A stretch of DNA of 64,000 nt from NCBI GenBank assembly GCA_964596715.1, contig CAZQVL010000014.1, positions 3,571 through 67,570 of the forward strand. The letters are read 5' to 3'. Below are positions 20,365 through 28,457 of the stretch, piece after piece. Each line of letters begins with the position of its first letter. The stretch's first letter is position 1. The stretch is from an uncultured Rikenellaceae bacterium (GTDB taxonomy: Bacteria > Bacteroidota > Bacteroidia > Bacteroidales > VadinHA17). Position numbers and translations under genes: made by a program. The notes under the pieces were generated by a model. The model worked only from the letters and a program-made list of their open reading frames with translations, did not search any database and had not been told where the DNA came from.

Positions 20365-21219
20365 CTATGAATGCAGTGTTCCTGTATTTACAATCGGTGT
20401 GGCATCCTTATCGCCACAAAGGACAACCATAAGGTTGCTTACCATAGCAGCTTTCTTCTCCTCATCAAGTTCGACAATATTCTTATCTGAAAGTTGATCA
20501 AGGGCCATCTGTACCATCGATACTGCACCTTCAACGATCTTGAATCTTGCCGATACCACTGCAGAGGCCTGCTGCCTCCTGAGCATTGCATTGGCAATCT
20601 CCTCAGCATAAGCAATATAATTTATTCTTGCTTCAATCACTTCTATCCCTGCAATATGCAGTCTTTCCCTGATCTCTTTCTCCAGTTCTTCATTTATCTC
20701 TTCCCCTCCGCTTCTGAGGGCCATTTCAGCTTCGTGATCCTCAAAATTATCATAAGGATATAATCCTGCCAGTTTACGGAGAGCAGCATCACTCTGGACT
20801 AACACAAAGTGCTGGTAATCATCTACTTCAAAAGCAGCTTTGAATGTTTCTAAAACCCTCCAGACAAGTACAAATCCAATTTTTATCGGATTACCTACTT
20901 TGTCATTCACCTTAATAGGTTCACTGTCAAAATTACGGGCACGCAGAGATATTTTGCGTTTGGAGTAAAATGGATTTACCCAGAAAAATCCATTTACCTT
21001 TATAGTACCTTTATAGGCACCAAACAAGATCATCACACACGATTCATTTGGATTGACAACTGTAAAACCTATAGTCATCAGGATGAAAAGCACTGTGCAG
21101 ATAACACCAAGCCAGATTAATTCGTATGCATATCCGGCAATAGCTCCACCGATAAATAACAATACAATCAGCAAAGCCAGATAACCCGATAGGGGTTTGA
21201 CTGAAAATTCCTTTTTCAT
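20365..21219 (-). CDS. SPFH/band-7 domain membrane protein
   Basis: 284 aa. Two N-terminal TM helices, then an SPFH core and coiled-coil region (AEEIANAMLRRQQASAVV). Confidence 0.85.
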   Translation of the reverse strand: MKKEFSVKPLSGYLALLIVLLFIGGAIAGYAYELIWLGVICTVLFILMTIGFTVVNPNESCVMILFGAYKGTIKVNGFFWVNPFYSKRKISLRARNFDSEPIKVNDKVGNPIKIGFVLVWRVLETFKAAFEVDDYQHFVLVQSDAALRKLAGLYPYDNFEDHEAEMALRSGGEEINEELEKEIRERLHIAGIEVIEARINYIAYAEEIANAMLRRQQASAVVSARFKIVEGAVSMVQMALDQLSDKNIVELDEEKKAAMVSNLMVVLCGDKDATPIVNTGTLHS

Positions 21220-21244
21220 TTTAGTTGATATTAATATAATATCA

Positions 21245-21252
21245 CAAATATA
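21245..21252 (-). promoter_or_regulatory. candidate -7 promoter box TAtaTTTG for the SPFH operon
   Basis: Exact TAnnTTTG on the minus strand, about 26 nt upstream of the ATG at 21219. Confidence 0.45.
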
Positions 21253-21273
21253 TCAAATTAAATTTTGAAAAAC

Positions 21274-21301
21274 AAAAAAAACACAGGAAAAATTCCTGTG
21301 T
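21274..21301 (-). terminator. intrinsic terminator
   Basis: Perfect 9-bp stem acacaggaa/ttcctgtgt with a 3-nt loop, followed on the minus strand by a U8 tract. It starts directly after the stop codon of ORF 21302..21511. Confidence 0.8.
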
Positions 21302-21511
21302 TTATAAGATTTGCTGGTTCTGTTGCCTTACCTGCACAATCAGTCGTCGGATCAGATGTTTTCCGGGTACTGCTTTTACCTGGTGGAGAAGGCTAACCAC
21401 ATCATGAAACTGATAATCAAACCCCCAGGCATCACCGTATAGGTCTGTTTCGTTAACGTTAATATCATGATATGAAATAAATGGAGTAGAATTTAAACCC
21501 ATAGGCTTCAT
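21302..21511 (-). CDS. small hypothetical protein co-transcribed with the ECF sigma factor
   Basis: 69-aa ORF 50 nt downstream of the sigma gene, immediately followed by a strong terminator. No TM segment or recognisable motif. Confidence 0.5.
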   Translation of the reverse strand: MKPMGLNSTPFISYHDINVNETDLYGDAWGFDYQFHDVVSLLHQVKAVPGKHLIRRLIVQVRQQNQQIL

Positions 21512-21561
21512 GATTTTGTTTTATCTGAAAACGACCTGTGGGTAAATATATTGTACAGTTA

Positions 21562-22149
21562 TTAATTTAAAGTAAGACTAATTTTTTTCTCTTCCATCAT
21601 TTTCCTCATATTTATCAGAGCATATCTCATCCGCCCAAGAGCTGTGTTTATGCTGACTTCTGTAATATCCGCTATTTCCTTGAAGCTTAATCCGGCATAA
21701 TGCCGCAGGATTACTACTTCCCTCTGATCATCAGGTAATCTGGCAATAAGCTTTCTTATGTCTTTTTGTATCTGTCTTTTTATAATGTGTTCTTCAACAT
21801 TAGCTTCGGCAAATTTCTTTGAATTGAAGAGGTCTGAATCATAGTCATCATTGGAGATGGTATTAAGCTGTTTAACCCTGCGGAAATGGTCAATAATAAG
21901 GTTATGTGCAATACGCATAACCCATGAAATGAATTTCCCGTTATCATAATATTTACCTCCTTTGACCGACTGTATTACTTTCAGGAATGTATCCTGGAAA
22001 AGGTCTTCAGCAAGTGCCTGATCGCGTATATAAAGACTTATATATGCGAAAACTTTGTTTTTATGACGTTTGATTAATTGTTCAAAGCACGACTGCTCGC
22101 CTTTTATGAACCTCTCGATAAGTTCATAATCGGAAATCTTCTTATTCAT
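21562..22149 (-). CDS. RNA polymerase ECF-type sigma-70 family factor
   Basis: 195 aa. Region 2 (DLFQDTFLKV...WVMRIAHNLIIDHFRR) and region 4 (REVVILRHYAGLSFKEIADITEVSINTALGRMRYA). Confidence 0.9.
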   Translation of the reverse strand: MNKKISDYELIERFIKGEQSCFEQLIKRHKNKVFAYISLYIRDQALAEDLFQDTFLKVIQSVKGGKYYDNGKFISWVMRIAHNLIIDHFRRVKQLNTISNDDYDSDLFNSKKFAEANVEEHIIKRQIQKDIRKLIARLPDDQREVVILRHYAGLSFKEIADITEVSINTALGRMRYALINMRKMMEEKKISLTLN

Positions 22150-22261
22150 AGCTTACTCTTTTTAAAAATCAAGAGTAGAGTTGTTCAATAGGCAGTCCTC
22201 CTTGTTAATAAACAGATGTTATCGTAATACAAAGAAAACATTTTTTTTTATTCTAAAGTGT

Positions 22262-22269
22262 TACTTTTG
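22262..22269 (+). promoter_or_regulatory. candidate -7 promoter box TActTTTG for uvrA
   Basis: Exact TAnnTTTG about 42 nt upstream of the ATG at 22311. Confidence 0.45.
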
Positions 22270-22310
22270 ACTTTTAACGTATTTTTTACATAAAAGTTAC
22301 AAAATCATTG

Positions 22311-25094
22311 ATGGAGGGGAGTATTGAAATTAAGGGAGCAAGGGTACACAATCTGAAAAATATCAGTCTGAAAATTCCAAGGAACAAACTTATTGTCATA
22401 ACCGGAGTATCTGGTTCAGGTAAATCATCTCTTGCTTTTGATACTATATATGCTGAAGGTCAAAGAAGGTATGTTGAGAGTCTGTCTTCATATGCCAGAC
22501 AATTTCTTGGAAGAATGAACAAGCCCGAAGTTGACTTCATCAGTGGAATCCCTCCGGCAATTGCCATTGAGCAGAAGGTCAATTCAAGGAATCCAAGGTC
22601 AACGGTGGGCACTTCTACCGAGATCTATGATTATCTGAGACTTTTGTTTGCAAGAATAGGCCGCACATATTCACCTGTCTCAGGCAGGGAGGTAAAACGA
22701 CATACTGTTGATGATATTGTAAATTATATATCCACTCTGCCTGAAGGCACAAAGATAGTTATCACTTCTCCCGGTCAAATACCTGCCAATATAAAATTAC
22801 ACGACTATTTTGCATTCCTTGACAAACAGGGTTTTAACCGTCTGGAAATAAATGGCAACATTATTAAGACCGATGAACCAGGGGTTTTCGATAATTTTAA
22901 TCCCGGTCAGACAATAAATATTGTTATAGACAGGCTTATTACAGACCGCTCAGAAGATAATCTCAGCAGAGCAGCTGACTCTGTGCAAACAGCCTTTCAA
23001 ACAGGAAATGGTCATTGCGAGGTGATTATTCTGAACGAGGCATCGGCAAGAAGAGAAAAATTCGCTAACAAATTTGAGAAAGATGAAATAGAGTTTGATG
23101 AGCCATCAGAATATCTTTTCAGTTTCAATAATCCACTTGGAGCATGTCCACTCTGCGAAGGTTACGGTAAAATCATCGGAGTTGATGAAAATCTTGTAAT
23201 ACCTGACCAGAATCTATCAGTGTATGAAGATGCAATTGTTTGCTGGAAGGGTGAAACAATGAAAAAATGGAAGGAAAGGCTTATCCTGAATGCAGAACAC
23301 TTTGATTTCCCCATACATAAGCCTTACTATCAGCTGACACAGGAACAAAAGGAATTGTTATGGAGGGGAAACAGATATTTTTATGGTATTGATCGCTTCT
23401 TCCGTCATCTCGAGGAGAAGAAGTACAAGATACAATACAGGGTTCTGTTGAGCCGTTATCGTGGCAAGACAGTATGCCCGGGCTGTAAAGGATCAAGGCT
23501 CAGGAAAGAAGCCGGTTATGTAAAGGTTGAAGGCAAAACCATACAGGAGTTGGTTTCGATTCCCGTAGGAAGGCTATATGAGTTTTTCCTCTCAATCCAT
23601 CTGAGCCCTGAAGACTTGAAAATTGCCGAAAGGTTACTTAAGGAGATTACCCAGCGCCTTAAGTTTCTTAACGATGTTGGTCTTCCCTACCTCACTCTCA
23701 ACAGACTCTCCTCAACCTTATCGGGTGGTGAATCACAGAGAATTAATCTTGCAACATCTCTTGGCAGTAATCTTGTTGGCTCAATGTACATACTCGACGA
23801 GCCAACTATCGGACTCCATCCCCGTGACACCAACCTTTTGATAAAAGTACTGAAAGAGCTCAGGGACCTTGGCAATTCAGTTCTTGTTGTTGAGCACGAA
23901 GAAGAGATAATGAAGGAATCCGACCAGATAATTGATATGGGGCCTGAAGCGGGTTTGCTCGGAGGTGAGGTTGTTTTCCAGGGCAGTATCGACCTTATTA
24001 GATCAAATAATTCTCTCACAGCTGGTTACATAAGTGGCCGACTGCGGCTTCCTGTTCCGCTCATACGAAGGAAATGGAACAGTTACATTGAAATAAAAGG
24101 TTCCAGGCATAACAATCTCAAAGGAATAGATGTAAAATTCCCCTTACATACCATCACTGTAGTGACCGGTGTGAGTGGATCGGGTAAATCAAGTCTGGTT
24201 TCAGATATTCTTTACAAGGTTTTATCAGTCAGGATAAACGGTACTAACCTCAGGCCCGGTCAATTCCGTGAGATAAATGGTGATATTTCCGTATTGTCAG
24301 GTATTGAACTGGTTGACCAGAATCCCATCGGAAAATCCAGCCGGTCAAATCCTGTGACCTATCTAAAAGCTTATGATGAGATACGGAAACTATATGCAGA
24401 GCAGCAGGCTTCAGTCCAGAATAACTTCAAACCATCTCATTTCTCATTTAATATTGATGGTGGACGGTGTGAAGAATGTCAGGGTGAAGGAATAATAAGA
24501 GTGGAAATGCAGTTTATGGCGGATGTGGAATTAACCTGTGATAACTGTAAAGGTATGAGGTTCAAGAAGGATATTCTTGAAGTAAAGTATCACGGCAGGA
24601 ATATTTACGACATGCTGGAAATGACTATAGACGAAGCAATTGACTTTTTTAACAGTCATTGCGGAAAGAATGAAAAAAGGATCATTGAAAAGCTCAAACC
24701 ACTATCTGATGTTGGTTTGGGTTACATTAAGATGGGACAATCATCAAGTACACTTTCGGGTGGAGAAAGTCAGAGGGTAAAACTCGCTTATTTCCTTAGC
24801 CAGGAAAAAAGTAATGGTCACATATTGTTCATTTTTGATGAACCTACAACTGGTCTTCATTTTCATGATATTAATAAGTTGCTAAAATCAATCAACGCTC
24901 TTGTGGATCATGGTCATTCGGTCATTCTTATTGAACACAACATTGAAGTAATAAAAAGTTCCGACTGGGTTATTGATCTGGGACCGGAGGGCGGTGAAGA
25001 AGGAGGGAATCTGGTATTTGAAGGCAGACCGGAAGATCTCATCATGTGTAATGCTTCTTACACAGGGAAATATCTGACTGGAAAGTTGAAATAA
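22311..25094 (+). CDS. uvrA: excinuclease ABC subunit A
   Basis: Two ABC modules (GVSGSGKSSL twice, LSGGESQR twice) and zinc-finger Cys clusters. The ORF track starts at TTG 22308; ATG 22311 is the likelier start. Confidence 0.97.
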   Translation: MEGSIEIKGARVHNLKNISLKIPRNKLIVITGVSGSGKSSLAFDTIYAEGQRRYVESLSSYARQFLGRMNKPEVDFISGIPPAIAIEQKVNSRNPRSTVGTSTEIYDYLRLLFARIGRTYSPVSGREVKRHTVDDIVNYISTLPEGTKIVITSPGQIPANIKLHDYFAFLDKQGFNRLEINGNIIKTDEPGVFDNFNPGQTINIVIDRLITDRSEDNLSRAADSVQTAFQTGNGHCEVIILNEASARREKFANKFEKDEIEFDEPSEYLFSFNNPLGACPLCEGYGKIIGVDENLVIPDQNLSVYEDAIVCWKGETMKKWKERLILNAEHFDFPIHKPYYQLTQEQKELLWRGNRYFYGIDRFFRHLEEKKYKIQYRVLLSRYRGKTVCPGCKGSRLRKEAGYVKVEGKTIQELVSIPVGRLYEFFLSIHLSPEDLKIAERLLKEITQRLKFLNDVGLPYLTLNRLSSTLSGGESQRINLATSLGSNLVGSMYILDEPTIGLHPRDTNLLIKVLKELRDLGNSVLVVEHEEEIMKESDQIIDMGPEAGLLGGEVVFQGSIDLIRSNNSLTAGYISGRLRLPVPLIRRKWNSYIEIKGSRHNNLKGIDVKFPLHTITVVTGVSGSGKSSLVSDILYKVLSVRINGTNLRPGQFREINGDISVLSGIELVDQNPIGKSSRSNPVTYLKAYDEIRKLYAEQQASVQNNFKPSHFSFNIDGGRCEECQGEGIIRVEMQFMADVELTCDNCKGMRFKKDILEVKYHGRNIYDMLEMTIDEAIDFFNSHCGKNEKRIIEKLKPLSDVGLGYIKMGQSSSTLSGGESQRVKLAYFLSQEKSNGHILFIFDEPTTGLHFHDINKLLKSINALVDHGHSVILIEHNIEVIKSSDWVIDLGPEGGEEGGNLVFEGRPEDLIMCNASYTGKYLTGKLK

Positions 25095-25162
25095 AGAAAT
25101 CTGCAGGGTTATTGCCTGAAATATCCCTGCCAGTGATACTTATATATACTTCTTAATTGTTT

Positions 25163-25606
25163 TTATTGTCTTATTTTGAATCCAAACATTATTGCAACGC
25201 AACCACTTGCCGGTATATCTCCCGGTTGATTAAAAGAATTAACCTTTACCACCAGCTTAAGCTGCTGGCTGGATTCCAGTTTGAAATCCCATGTTGTGGC
25301 ATAATCATCATCCTTATTTGAATACAGAACATTCTTATTCGCATCGAGCACTCTGAACTCAACGGATGGAATTTTGTCTTCGCCGGCAATAGAAACCCTG
25401 TATTCCATGTCGGAATAAAATGTTTTGTAGAGCTCAGCTTCTTCTCCTTCAACAAGTACTGCTGCATGATAGTTACCATCATGTGTATATGATCCAAGCT
25501 CCGGCAGAACAATCCTTTTAGCAAAGGCTTTGCATTGTGCGTTCGAAGAAAGAGTTGAGGAAGCAAGCAATAATGCCAGTATCGGAATTATTTTTATTAT
25601 TCTCAT
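25163..25606 (-). CDS. secreted hypothetical protein
   Basis: 147 aa with a signal peptide (ILALLLASSTLSSNAQ). 8 nt downstream of the lipoprotein gene. Confidence 0.6.
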   Translation of the reverse strand: MRIIKIIPILALLLASSTLSSNAQCKAFAKRIVLPELGSYTHDGNYHAAVLVEGEEAELYKTFYSDMEYRVSIAGEDKIPSVEFRVLDANKNVLYSNKDDDYATTWDFKLESSQQLKLVVKVNSFNQPGDIPASGCVAIMFGFKIRQ

Positions 25607-25614
25607 AGCTATTG

Positions 25615-26535
25615 TTATTTAACAAAAGTACTTCTAATCTCAGCAACGTTTGCAGCTAGTTCCGTGAATACTTCCGGTGTCATGTCCGTTTTAACCTCTG
25701 ATCTCAGTAAAGTGACATTAGTCTCCTGATCATACTCTGGTCTGACAGGTGAGGTTTGCAAACTAATCTTGTCGAATATTACTTTTACCTTACTAATCTG
25801 AAGCATAAGTTCATCAATAGCGGGATTACCCTTACTCCCTTCTAGCAGATTGAGAAGTATTCCTACTGAAAGCTTCTGATCGATGATTCTTCCAACCAGT
25901 TTATTACCATCAAAATCGTCCATGTTAACAAGCCGTGTCGAGATATATAAACCTTCCATCCACCCTCCTGCAAGCACGATAGCTGCAATAGCAGGCTGAC
26001 CATTTTCTTCGAGATATGAGTTGGAGTTCATGAAAGTTTCAGAGACTATTTCCATAATGGCTTCCCTGTTATTTATATTCTCCTCGAGTCTGTCGAGCGT
26101 TTCCTTTTCTATGGCATCCAGTATACCAAGTCCGTCTGCCATTTCCTTAGCCGCATTCATATAATTGATAATCAGCTGAGTCTGATCATATAAGCTGGCA
26201 AAACTCAGGTCACATGTATAAATCCCCAGATTAAGAGCCATACTCTTATTTGTAATATAGTTCTTCGTGTTTTCAACAGGATTGAGCAGACTCTCTTCAA
26301 ACTGTGCTCCTGCCGATTTAATAAGCATTGCTGATTCAAGCGGAGATGGCAGAGCTTGAAATATTTTTTCTGCTTTCTTTATATCCTCATAAATTGCAGC
26401 ATTATCCGGTACTACTTTCACTTCATCCATATCCTCCTGTACTTTCTTGCCGCCTGACCTGCAGCTGGTTAGCAATCCGGCAAACAGCACAACCAGAGTT
26501 AAAAGCCGGTAGATGTTTCTAAATGTATTATTCAT
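25615..26535 (-). CDS. hypothetical lipoprotein
   Basis: 306 aa with lipobox LLTSC. Mostly helical-looking sequence; no recognised domain. Confidence 0.65.
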   Translation of the reverse strand: MNNTFRNIYRLLTLVVLFAGLLTSCRSGGKKVQEDMDEVKVVPDNAAIYEDIKKAEKIFQALPSPLESAMLIKSAGAQFEESLLNPVENTKNYITNKSMALNLGIYTCDLSFASLYDQTQLIINYMNAAKEMADGLGILDAIEKETLDRLEENINNREAIMEIVSETFMNSNSYLEENGQPAIAAIVLAGGWMEGLYISTRLVNMDDFDGNKLVGRIIDQKLSVGILLNLLEGSKGNPAIDELMLQISKVKVIFDKISLQTSPVRPEYDQETNVTLLRSEVKTDMTPEVFTELAANVAEIRSTFVK

Positions 26536-26554
26536 GGTCTGAGAATTTATTTGT

Positions 26555-26562
26555 CAAACGTA
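26555..26562 (-). promoter_or_regulatory. candidate -7 promoter box TAcgTTTG
   Basis: Exact TAnnTTTG on the minus strand, 20 nt upstream of the ATG at 26535. Confidence 0.45.
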
Positions 26563-26630
26563 ATTCCCGACTAAATTAGTACATTATTTTTATTTTTCAA
26601 AAATAGCTTCATCTAAATTAATGGTATTTC

Positions 26631-26638
26631 TAACTTTG
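26631..26638 (+). promoter_or_regulatory. candidate -7 promoter box TAacTTTG
   Basis: Exact TAnnTTTG 17 nt upstream of the ATG at 26655. Confidence 0.45.
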
Positions 26639-26654
26639 TAGCAAATAATTACAG

Positions 26655-27167
26655 ATGATCCGATCGGAGAAGAAGCTTAAAGAACTTGACCTTTTACTAC
26701 ACAATAAAAACACGACTATTGTAGCAGAAGAAATTGAATCACTTAGAAGAGAGCAGCCTTATGAAGGCGCTATCGGATTGCTGACTTCATACTACGACAA
26801 CGATAACGATCCTGCCGTAAGAAAGATTATTGGGGAGTTTATGAACGACCTGAAAGATCAGTCAATAAGTTATGAGATTATAAACGAAATTAAAAAGCCC
26901 AGGAAATCTGAAACAATTAGAATGTTAATCTCCTCTTGCTGGCAATCGGGACTTGACTATTCTCCCTTCTCCGCTGATATAGCGAGAATATTTGTCAGAG
27001 GTGATTATATGACTGCAGTCGAATGTTTTACAGTAATTGAAGAATCAGTTTCCAGAATCAACAGGGATATGAAAAATGAAATAATAAATATTGTTCAGGA
27101 GGAAACTACTTCCACCGGGGATGAAAAAACTCCGTTACTTATTGAACTTCTCTCTTTGTTAAAATAA
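26655..27167 (+). CDS. hypothetical cytoplasmic protein (helical-repeat-like)
   Basis: 170-aa ORF with its own promoter box; no recognised motif. Confidence 0.6.
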   Translation: MIRSEKKLKELDLLLHNKNTTIVAEEIESLRREQPYEGAIGLLTSYYDNDNDPAVRKIIGEFMNDLKDQSISYEIINEIKKPRKSETIRMLISSCWQSGLDYSPFSADIARIFVRGDYMTAVECFTVIEESVSRINRDMKNEIINIVQEETTSTGDEKTPLLIELLSLLK

Positions 27168-27193
27168 TAACATATTAAGCACGGTGAATAGCA

Positions 27194-28171
27194 CTATTCC
27201 ACTGAAGAGAAGTACTTCATGAACTGCGTTCTTTCAAAAATCGCAGGATTAGCATAATTGATCCAATTTAATTTTCCTCTGAATTCGTCAATATTCCTGA
27301 AACCTTTTTGATCCATCCACTCCCCGATCTGTTTATTCATTGTCTTAAGGTATTGAATACCTTTATTGTATAATACTGAGCATACCTGAGCTGTATTGGC
27401 TCCTGCAAGAAGGTATCTTATTGCATCATCACCGCTGTGAACTCCTGTTGATGCTGAAATGTCGATTTTAAGGTTCTGGGCACTTGCCATCGCAATCCAC
27501 CTGAGTACATATCGTCTTTCGTTCTCTTTGCTGAATATTGAAGCGGGTATTATTTCCATTTTATTTATGTCGATATCAGGTTCATAAAACCTGTTAAACA
27601 TTACTACTCCCTCTATTCCCCGCATGTAAAACTGGTCTATCATATACAGAACATTACTAAACTTAAAACCGATTTTCAGTGCAATTGGAATTTTTATAAC
27701 ATTCTTCAGTTTCTCTATTAGATCAAAATAAATTTTTTCAGTTTCTACTGAAGATTTTTTTCTGTCAACCGGCATTATAAAAACATTTATTTCAATAGCA
27801 TCAGCACCAGCCTCAGAAATATTCTTTGCAAAACCGGTCCATCCTTCTGACGTGTAGCAATTTATACTTGGTATAACCGGAATTCTCAGGTTTTTCTTTG
27901 CATTACTTATAAGATCGAGATATTCATCAACTGAATGTGATCTGGTATAATTAGCAATGTAATCATCAGCTTCCGGGAAACCGTAAGATGAAGGTACAGA
28001 TTTAATATAGTAACTGATCTGCTCTTCAAAAAGCGACTTAAGGACTATAGCACCGGCTCCGTTGTCTTCTGCTTCCTTTAAACGATCAATTGTCGATGTA
28101 AGTCTGCTGCTGCTTACAACAAGAGGACTTCCGAGAGTCAGCCCGAGATATTTTGTTTTAAGTTTTTCCAT
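27194..28171 (-). CDS. dihydroorotate dehydrogenase-like protein, second paralog
   Basis: 325 aa. LKTKYLGLTLGSPLVVSS...GAGAIVLKSLFEEQI parallels ORF 675..1697. Confidence 0.75.
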   Translation of the reverse strand: MEKLKTKYLGLTLGSPLVVSSSRLTSTIDRLKEAEDNGAGAIVLKSLFEEQISYYIKSVPSSYGFPEADDYIANYTRSHSVDEYLDLISNAKKNLRIPVIPSINCYTSEGWTGFAKNISEAGADAIEINVFIMPVDRKKSSVETEKIYFDLIEKLKNVIKIPIALKIGFKFSNVLYMIDQFYMRGIEGVVMFNRFYEPDIDINKMEIIPASIFSKENERRYVLRWIAMASAQNLKIDISASTGVHSGDDAIRYLLAGANTAQVCSVLYNKGIQYLKTMNKQIGEWMDQKGFRNIDEFRGKLNWINYANPAIFERTQFMKYFSSVE

Positions 28172-28206
28172 TTCCTGCTATTTATGATGGTATTAATTTC
28201 GTTCTC

Positions 28207-28214
28207 CAAATATA
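28207..28214 (-). promoter_or_regulatory. candidate -7 promoter box TAtaTTTG
   Basis: Exact TAnnTTTG on the minus strand, 36 nt upstream of the ATG at 28171. Confidence 0.45.
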
Positions 28215-28457
28215 AGACTTCCAATATAACCTCACTAATGTCGCTGACAGTTACTGTTTTTGAAACTGCAACCAGTTTCACAGATGATGGTATCTGTTTT
28301 TTTAATAAAAGAGTATTTGAAGCAATATCTGATATAAGTATTTAAGAGATAAAACAAAAATAAGAAAGAGTAAGGTAAAAGTAATACCATGTAAAGCATT
28401 TCTCTTTATAACTCTCCCTATAAACAGTGAAGACACAGAGATAAACAGAGGATTATT

